Below, piece by piece: positions 57,814 to 64,000 of a DNA stretch of 64,000 bases (its first letter is position 1; the number at the start of each line of letters is the position of its first letter). This DNA is from Sediminibacterium sp. (GTDB lineage Bacteria > Bacteroidota > Bacteroidia > Chitinophagales > Chitinophagaceae). The DNA is taken from positions 9,528 through 73,527 of the forward strand of contig JBIINW010000001.1 of NCBI GenBank assembly GCA_044337245.1, written 5' to 3'. The notes beneath the pieces are model-generated. The model was not told the origin of the DNA. It saw nothing but the letters and a program-made list of their open reading frames with translations, and searched no databases. The position numbers were made by a program, and so were the translations under genes.

Positions 57814-60800
57814 TTAGAAACCAACATTGATACCAAACAAAATAGTTTTAGGTTGTGGAGGAGTATAGAAATCATTACCCTTCGCGATGTTGGAGTCGAA
57901 AGAATCTGCATTTACTTCAGGATCCCACAACGGATACTTGTTGGTGAAAGTAAGCAGGTTTAATGCCGAAACGTACAATCTTACGCGATCCAATTTTGCT
58001 TTCTTAACAATTTTAGAAGGCAGGTTGTAACCGAAGTTGATGGTACGGAGACGAACAAAAGAACCATCTACTATAAAACGGCTGCTGGGCTGGTTACCAT
58101 TACCAAAATAATAACGGGCCTGAGGCACATTGGTGATATCACCGGGCTTTCTCCAGCGGTTCATCTGATCAGCGGTCTGGTTGTCTTCATAAATCATGTT
58201 AGCCATGGAATATTGTCCCATACCATAAACGTTCACGTCATTTCCAAAAATACCATTGAACTGAAAGGAGAAATCAAAACCTTTATAACTGAAGGTGTTG
58301 GTAACACCTGCAATCACATCTGGGTTGGGATCACCAATTATTTGCCTTTGTGCTTGGTTAAACTGAGAGTTGCTCAGTATAGTTCTGTCTAAAGAACCAT
58401 CCGCATTTGTTGTGTTTTTGTAGAATTGAGCATCCCCATTAGCAGGGTTCACACCAGCATATTCTACACCAAAGAACACACCCAGTGCCTGGCCTTCCAT
58501 TGCACGATTGGGTAGCCTACCAATACCACCTTCAATGATTTGACCATTGATGTTTAATACTCTATTTCTGTTGAAGGCAACGTTCAATGAAGTAGACCAT
58601 TTGAATTCCCCTACCAAGTTCTGTGTATTCAATACAAACTCCACACCCTTGTTTTCAAGTGAACCAAGGTTACGCACCACTGAACCAAAACCAGTAGAAG
58701 TAGGAATATTCACACGCAACAACAAGTCGTCTGAACGACGGTTGTAATAATCGATCTCACCAGTAAGACGATTGTTAAAGAAGCCGAAGTCAAAACCAAT
58801 GTCAAACTGAGTATTGGTTTCCCAGCGTAGATCGGGGTTACCAATCTGAGAAGGTGCCTGTCCTCCGACACCGGCATATCCTCTATCACCGGCAAAGAGC
58901 GCCAGTTGAGGGAAGTTACCGATTTCGGCATTACCCACGATACCATAACTGGCACGCAGTTTCAAGAAACTGAGCGGCTGGAAGCCTCTAAGAAATTTTT
59001 CATTAGAAAGTACCCAACCAGCTGAAACGGCTGGAAAGAAGCCCGAACGGTTGTTGGCACCAAAACGGGAAGATGCATCTACACGTCCGCTGAGTGACAA
59101 CAAGTATTTATCGTTATACTTATAGTTGGCACGCAAAAAGTACGATAAGAATGAGAAGGCCGATTGCGTGGAACTACCGCCAGAGATAGTGGCAGCACTG
59201 GCAATTTGCTGATAAGAATCAGAGGGGAAATCCAAACCTTCTACGAAGTTAGTTTTGGTAGTAGATTGCTGGTATTGCATACCAACTGTTGCATTGATAT
59301 CACTTTTACCGATGGCTTTGGTAAAATTGAAATAATTGTTGGTATTGTAATTGGTAATAAAAGTACCTCTATTAGAACCAATACCTCGAGCTGCACGGGT
59401 TTGGTTTCTTACAGTTTGAGTCTGGAAGTACCCTTCTTCCTGCTGACTCATGATATCAACACCCAATTCAGATTGAAAAGTTAGTCCGGGCATCAATTTG
59501 ATAGTAGCATACCCTGAGCTGAAATTTCGGAATGACTCAGCAGTGAACTTGCCATAGTCAATAGAAAGTTGCGGGTTATAATACATTGGTATGTTCGGGT
59601 CGCCAGGAGGTGTACCTGCTGGTAAACCAGCACCAGGTTGTCCTTCCGGAATAATATTAGGAGTCATGGGCATCAGAGCCACGCTCTGAAGTGGATTAGA
59701 AAAGGCATTGTCATCTGGCAAACGTCTATTGTAAGTACGGGCGAAATTGGTAGTTAACCCGATAGTGAGCCAATCATTGGCCTTATGATCAACGTTCATT
59801 CTGGCAGTCATTCTCTCAAGTCGGTTACCAATTATGATACCAGACTGATCAAGGTATTGCCCAGAAATAAAGAATTTAGTTTTTTCATTTCCACCGCTCA
59901 TTTGCAGGTCGGCCTGACGATATTGTCCTTTCTGGAACACTACATCCTGCCACTCATAAGTTTTCTTTGGATCTTTCGTCCAGTTACCATAACTGAAATA
60001 ATCCATCCAGTCTTTCACATATTGTGTTTCACTGAATGGGTCTGTTATAGGAGTGCCGTAAAAATCATCGATGTATTTAGCGCCTTCCTCAAGCAGTTCA
60101 GCATATTGCTCTGAATTAAGAAAAGGTACACGACGGCTAGACTGTGAGTTACCAGTTTGAACGTTCACCGTTACATTGGTTTTTCCATTTTTTCCTTTTT
60201 TGGTAGTGATCAGCACTACGCCATTGGCAGCACGAGATCCAAAAATGGCTCCAGCAGAAGCATCTTTCAATACTTCAATAGACTCAATATCATTGGAGTT
60301 CAAGTCTACCAGGGGGTTGGTAGCACCGCCATAGCTGCTCTGGCTAGAAACAGTTACGGGCACACCATCCACTACATAGAGAGGTTCGTTTCCGGCAGAA
60401 ATTGAAGAGCTACCGCGCACGCGAACGCTGATTGCCTGACCGAGTTTACCACTCTGGCTGTTCACATAAACACCCGCAGCCTTACCTTGTAAAGCTGCAT
60501 CTACTGAAGGCGTAGGCATAAATTCTATGTCCTTACCTTTTACACGGGCGATGTTTCCGGTTAAGTCTTTCTTAATTTGAGAACCAAATCCGGTTACAAC
60601 CACTTCATTCAGTGATTTCACTTCAGAAGTAAGTTGAATCATCAGATTTCCGGAGGAAGCCGTTAATTGCTTGGCTTCAAAACCTAATCCAGTCACTACC
60701 AGTGTAGCGCCCGATTTTACATTTAAGGAAAAAGTACCATCATTAGCGGTATTCGTACCGTTTTTGGTTCCCCTTTCCAAAACAGAAGCCCCCGAAACCG

Positions 60801-60906
60801 GAACTCCCTTTTCATCCAAAACCTTACCGGTTATGGGCGTAGTTTGTGCAAATCCGCCAATAGCGAATATCATTGCACAAACGATCATAAGCATACTTTT
60901 TCTCAT
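57814..60906 (-). CDS. SusC/RagA family TonB-dependent transporter
   Basis: CarboxypepD-like N-domain, EPLYVVDGVP, IESIEVLKDASAGAIFGSRAANGVVLITTKKG, NPDLRWE and terminal GINVGF. Confidence 0.95.
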   Translation of the reverse strand: MRKSMLMIVCAMIFAIGGFAQTTPITGKVLDEKGVPVSGASVLERGTKNGTNTANDGTFSLNVKSGATLVVTGLGFEAKQLTASSGNLMIQLTSEVKSLNEVVVTGFGSQIKKDLTGNIARVKGKDIEFMPTPSVDAALQGKAAGVYVNSQSGKLGQAISVRVRGSSSISAGNEPLYVVDGVPVTVSSQSSYGGATNPLVDLNSNDIESIEVLKDASAGAIFGSRAANGVVLITTKKGKNGKTNVTVNVQTGNSQSSRRVPFLNSEQYAELLEEGAKYIDDFYGTPITDPFSETQYVKDWMDYFSYGNWTKDPKKTYEWQDVVFQKGQYRQADLQMSGGNEKTKFFISGQYLDQSGIIIGNRLERMTARMNVDHKANDWLTIGLTTNFARTYNRRLPDDNAFSNPLQSVALMPMTPNIIPEGQPGAGLPAGTPPGDPNIPMYYNPQLSIDYGKFTAESFRNFSSGYATIKLMPGLTFQSELGVDIMSQQEEGYFQTQTVRNQTRAARGIGSNRGTFITNYNTNNYFNFTKAIGKSDINATVGMQYQQSTTKTNFVEGLDFPSDSYQQIASAATISGGSSTQSAFSFLSYFLRANYKYNDKYLLSLSGRVDASSRFGANNRSGFFPAVSAGWVLSNEKFLRGFQPLSFLKLRASYGIVGNAEIGNFPQLALFAGDRGYAGVGGQAPSQIGNPDLRWETNTQFDIGFDFGFFNNRLTGEIDYYNRRSDDLLLRVNIPTSTGFGSVVRNLGSLENKGVEFVLNTQNLVGEFKWSTSLNVAFNRNRVLNINGQIIEGGIGRLPNRAMEGQALGVFFGVEYAGVNPANGDAQFYKNTTNADGSLDRTILSNSQFNQAQRQIIGDPNPDVIAGVTNTFSYKGFDFSFQFNGIFGNDVNVYGMGQYSMANMIYEDNQTADQMNRWRKPGDITNVPQARYYFGNGNQPSSRFIVDGSFVRLRTINFGYNLPSKIVKKAKLDRVRLYVSALNLLTFTNKYPLWDPEVNADSFDSNIAKGNDFYTPPQPKTILFGINVGF

Positions 60907-61522
60907 GTAGTTGGTTTTTAGTTAAAACATCAAGACTTATGTTTGACAATTAATATTTAAATAACGTTGCTTTAAATAATAAATCGTCGATAAACTTTAA
61001 TGCGAATATAGGATATTTATTAAATTTCCGTTAACAAGCCTTTCACAAATAAAAAAATAATCCGGAAAAAGGCTAAACCAAACACATTAATTAATTTTAA
61101 ATATATAGATCGCTTTAATTTTATCTCCCTTTCTCATATAATTTTTAGATCTTGACGAACATATTTATCGATAATATCCATATTTTGAGATTGCATACCC
61201 GAAGCTAATAACATTACTTTTTAAAAAGTATATGCACTCCGATATGCATATATTTTTACTTATACATAAAAAATAATTATTATTAAAATAAACTAATTTT
61301 ATCAACAAACATATTCTTTAAGATAATCAATTTTTTATACATATAATAATTTTACGAAAGAGCTAATCTCTCATTGTACCCTCCTTCTTTTTCTATATCA
61401 ACCCTATTCTACCGATTACTTGACCGCCCCAGATCTGATTTAGTCAGTTACATATTAATATAAAATATATTTGTTGTGCTATACAGATTAAACAGTACGT
61501 CTCGTAAAATTAATTTTGGAAT

Positions 61523-61565
61523 CTAACCCATTATTGTAACTTAGTGGTAGAATTTAATGGGTTAG
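61523..61565. repeat. Perfect 11-bp inverted repeat with a 21-bp spacer
   Basis: CTAACCCATTA (61523-61533) and TAATGGGTTAG (61555-61565). Confidence 0.7.
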
Positions 61566-61693
61566 TAAGTGATTGGGTCAACAGCAATGTTGGCCCTTTT
61601 GCTTTGTATACATCGCCCGCATCTAAGCCAAATACAGCCTGCATTTACAAGCATCCTGCTGGCAAATTCAATTTCGAAATCGTACCCAAACAC

Positions 61694-61701
61694 TACCTTT
61701 G
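61694..61701 (+). promoter_or_regulatory. Bacteroidota -7 box immediately before radA
   Basis: TACCTTTG followed by only AAAG before the ATG. Confidence 0.6.
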
Positions 61702-61705
61702 AAAG

Positions 61706-63076
61706 ATGAGTAAAATTAAAACCGCCTTCTTTTGTAATAACTGCGGATACGAAAGTGCAAAATGGATTGGAAAATGTACGGCATGTAACGAATGGAACAC
61801 ATTTACCGAAGAAATATTGGATAAAGGAAATAAAAATGCGGAGAACTGGAAAGACAATAGCGGAGAAAAAAGAATACACAAATCCATTGCGCTGCAAGAA
61901 GTGATTACCTCGCAAGATGAGCGTATCCTTACATCAGATTCTGAATTGAATCGAGTGTTGGGAGGAGGCATTGTTCCGGGAAGTATTGTGCTGGTTGCCG
62001 GCGAACCCGGTATTGGCAAAAGTACCTTGTTTCTCCAAAACGGCCTACAGCTAAAGGATTTGCGCGTTTTATATATCAGCGGAGAAGAAAGCGAACAGCA
62101 AATTAAAATGCGGGCCGACAGATTAGAAATTGCTCATGAACAATTTTTTTTATTAACCGAAACCGACACCGCCGTTATTTTCCGTGAAATAAAAAAATTG
62201 CAACCGCAGGTGGTAATTGTTGATTCCATCCAAACCCTGCAATCACCTTTAATTGATTCTTCCGCTGGCAGTGTTAGTCAAATTAGAGAATGTGCCGGTG
62301 AATTTCAACGCTACGCAAAAGAAACGCAAACCCCCGTTTTTTTAATTGGCCATATTACCAAAGACGGCGGCATTGCCGGACCCAAAATTCTCGAACACAT
62401 GGTTGATACCGTGTTACAGTTTGAAGGAGACCGACATTATGCCTACCGCATTTTACGTACCCTGAAAAACCGCTTTGGAAGCACTTCAGAATTGGGTATT
62501 TATGAGATGACAGGAACCGGCATGCGGATAGTTGCTAACCCCTCCGAAATTCTGATTGCCCAGCGAGACCATGCCCTTAGTGGCAGTGCCATTGCAGCTA
62601 CCCTAGAAGGTATGCGCCCCTTACTTATAGAAGTGCAGGCCCTGGTTACCCCCAGCGTATACGGAACCCCCCAACGTACGGTTACCGGCTTCGATTTGCG
62701 CCGGCTACAATTGCTGCTGGCAGTACTGGAAAAAAGAGGAGGATTTCAATTTGGTATGAAGGATGTGTTTGTAAACATTGCCGGAGGCATTCGGGTAGAA
62801 GATCCCTCAATCGATCTGGCCGTTATTTGTGCCTTGCTATCATCTTATGAAGATTTACCCATTCCCGACCTTACCTGCTTTGCCGGCGAAGTAGGATTAA
62901 ACGGTGAAATCAGAGCCGTTAACCGCATTGAACAACGCATAGCCGAAGCAGAGAAACTGGGATTTCAAAAAATCATCATCTCTCCCTTTAATAAAAAGGG
63001 CATCGAAAAAATTGCCGGCAAAATGCAGGTGATAGCCCTGAGTAGTGTTGAAGATGTTTACCGACACCTCTTTTAG
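61706..63076 (+). CDS. radA: DNA repair protein RadA/Sms
   Basis: Zinc finger CNNCG...CTAC, Walker A GEPGIGKST, KNRFG motif and Lon-like C-terminal domain. Confidence 0.97.
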   Translation: MSKIKTAFFCNNCGYESAKWIGKCTACNEWNTFTEEILDKGNKNAENWKDNSGEKRIHKSIALQEVITSQDERILTSDSELNRVLGGGIVPGSIVLVAGEPGIGKSTLFLQNGLQLKDLRVLYISGEESEQQIKMRADRLEIAHEQFFLLTETDTAVIFREIKKLQPQVVIVDSIQTLQSPLIDSSAGSVSQIRECAGEFQRYAKETQTPVFLIGHITKDGGIAGPKILEHMVDTVLQFEGDRHYAYRILRTLKNRFGSTSELGIYEMTGTGMRIVANPSEILIAQRDHALSGSAIAATLEGMRPLLIEVQALVTPSVYGTPQRTVTGFDLRRLQLLLAVLEKRGGFQFGMKDVFVNIAGGIRVEDPSIDLAVICALLSSYEDLPIPDLTCFAGEVGLNGEIRAVNRIEQRIAEAEKLGFQKIIISPFNKKGIEKIAGKMQVIALSSVEDVYRHLF

Positions 63077-63141
63077 CTTTTCGTAGTAATACGGGTGTTT
63101 ATTACTCAATTTTTTGCAAGGAGGATATTCGATTTTCGGGG

Positions 63142-63852
63142 ATGAAAAAATTTGTACCTCAGTTCCTCCAACCTTTACTGCATTTATTGTATCCCCACTA
63201 TTGCGAAGGCTGCCATACCGATTTACTAATTCGGGAATCGCTGTTATGTTCACGTTGCGAATTCAGTTTACCGACAACCGGATACTGGGATATTTCCGGA
63301 AATCCGGTTGAAAAAATATTCAGGGGACGCCTACCAGTTCAGGCAGCAGCAGCTGATTATTTCTTTACGCAAGATTCCTTACTGCAACACCTGATGCAAT
63401 CGCTCAAATACAAAAACCTTCCCGAAGCAGGCAGATGGTTGGGTAAAAAAATGGGATACGCCCTGCAGAAAACAGATCGATTTACTTCAATAGATTGTAT
63501 CATTCCATTACCACTACATCCAAAAAAGGAATTTATCAGAGGCTACAATCAGGCACAGCTGATTGCAGAGGGAATCAGCGAAGTTTGGCAAAAACCAATC
63601 ATTCAAAACGCTGTAATCAGAAACCAATTTACCCGAACCCAAACCCATGAAAACAGAAACAGTCGCTGGAATAATATGCAGGGAGTTTTTTCAGTGGCAC
63701 AGCCAGAAAAATTAGAACATAGGCATTGTTTACTGGTAGATGATGTGATTACTACCGGAGCTACCCTGGAAGCCTGCGGAAACGAAATACTATTGGTAAA
63801 AGGCTGCAGTTTGAGTTTGGCAGCGGCCGCCTATACAGCTATACAACCCTAA
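63142..63852 (+). CDS. comF: ComF family phosphoribosyltransferase-like competence protein
   Basis: Zinc ribbon CEGC...CSRC, RGYNQA and LLVDDVITTGAT motifs. Confidence 0.88.
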   Translation: MKKFVPQFLQPLLHLLYPHYCEGCHTDLLIRESLLCSRCEFSLPTTGYWDISGNPVEKIFRGRLPVQAAAADYFFTQDSLLQHLMQSLKYKNLPEAGRWLGKKMGYALQKTDRFTSIDCIIPLPLHPKKEFIRGYNQAQLIAEGISEVWQKPIIQNAVIRNQFTRTQTHENRNSRWNNMQGVFSVAQPEKLEHRHCLLVDDVITTGATLEACGNEILLVKGCSLSLAAAAYTAIQP

Positions 63853-64000
63853 TGATTTCATTTTTTAAAAACCTTTTGGGCAATTGATCGTTAATATAGT
63901 TGCACATAAGCTTACCTTTATTGAACAATTGCTCGGAATTTACCCCAGCTAATCAAAAATTTCAATCACACACATTTTACTTAATCAACCCACTAAAATA

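Noticed and set aside
60907-61200. Cobalamin or TPP riboswitch upstream of susC
   Set aside because: The region is very AT-rich and lacks the conserved aptamer motifs.
1884-63311. Many short ORFs in the six-frame track lying antisense to or inside long genes (e.g. 7732-8220, 15412-15882, 34932-35384, 42774-43217, 52627-53022, 61562-62019)
   Set aside because: They overlap well-supported genes and show no recognisable motifs; most likely shadow ORFs.
41899-63852. comEC, comF and radA as a competence island
   Set aside because: The genes are scattered among housekeeping genes and widespread in Bacteroidota; they do not show a dedicated system.

Overview
Bacteroidota genomic window, most likely Chitinophagaceae (gldD/gldE, SusC/SusD, TAnnTTTG promoter boxes). 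It is mostly housekeeping: purH, radA, mutY, rne/rng, HU, rmlBCA, comEC, comF, dihydroorotase. It also carries a carotenoid cluster (crtI-crtB-idi-crtD-cruF-crtZ-crtY) under an ECF sigma factor and a CarH-type B12 photoreceptor, an AmgK/MurU-type amino-sugar recycling operon, a thioredoxin-DUF4266-DUF3570 module and a umuDC cassette. Five observations stand out. (1) A probable operon couples a sulfoquinovose-monooxygenase (SmoC)-like enzyme to a sodium:sugar symporter and an esterase. (2) A tRNA-Arg(CCG) lies in a ~280-bp tandem duplication, and the second copy carries a perfect 20-bp palindrome inserted in the T-loop with no target duplication. (3) The UmuD homologue has both catalytic residues replaced (Ser to Ala, Lys to Arg) and sits behind a doubled CTAA-N5-TTAG box. 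(4) Only the C-terminal half of carB is present. (5) A 31-aa bS22-like ORF is missing from the ORF track. No CRISPR array, rRNA, transposase or prophage was seen. All family assignments come from reading motifs by eye; no database search was run.
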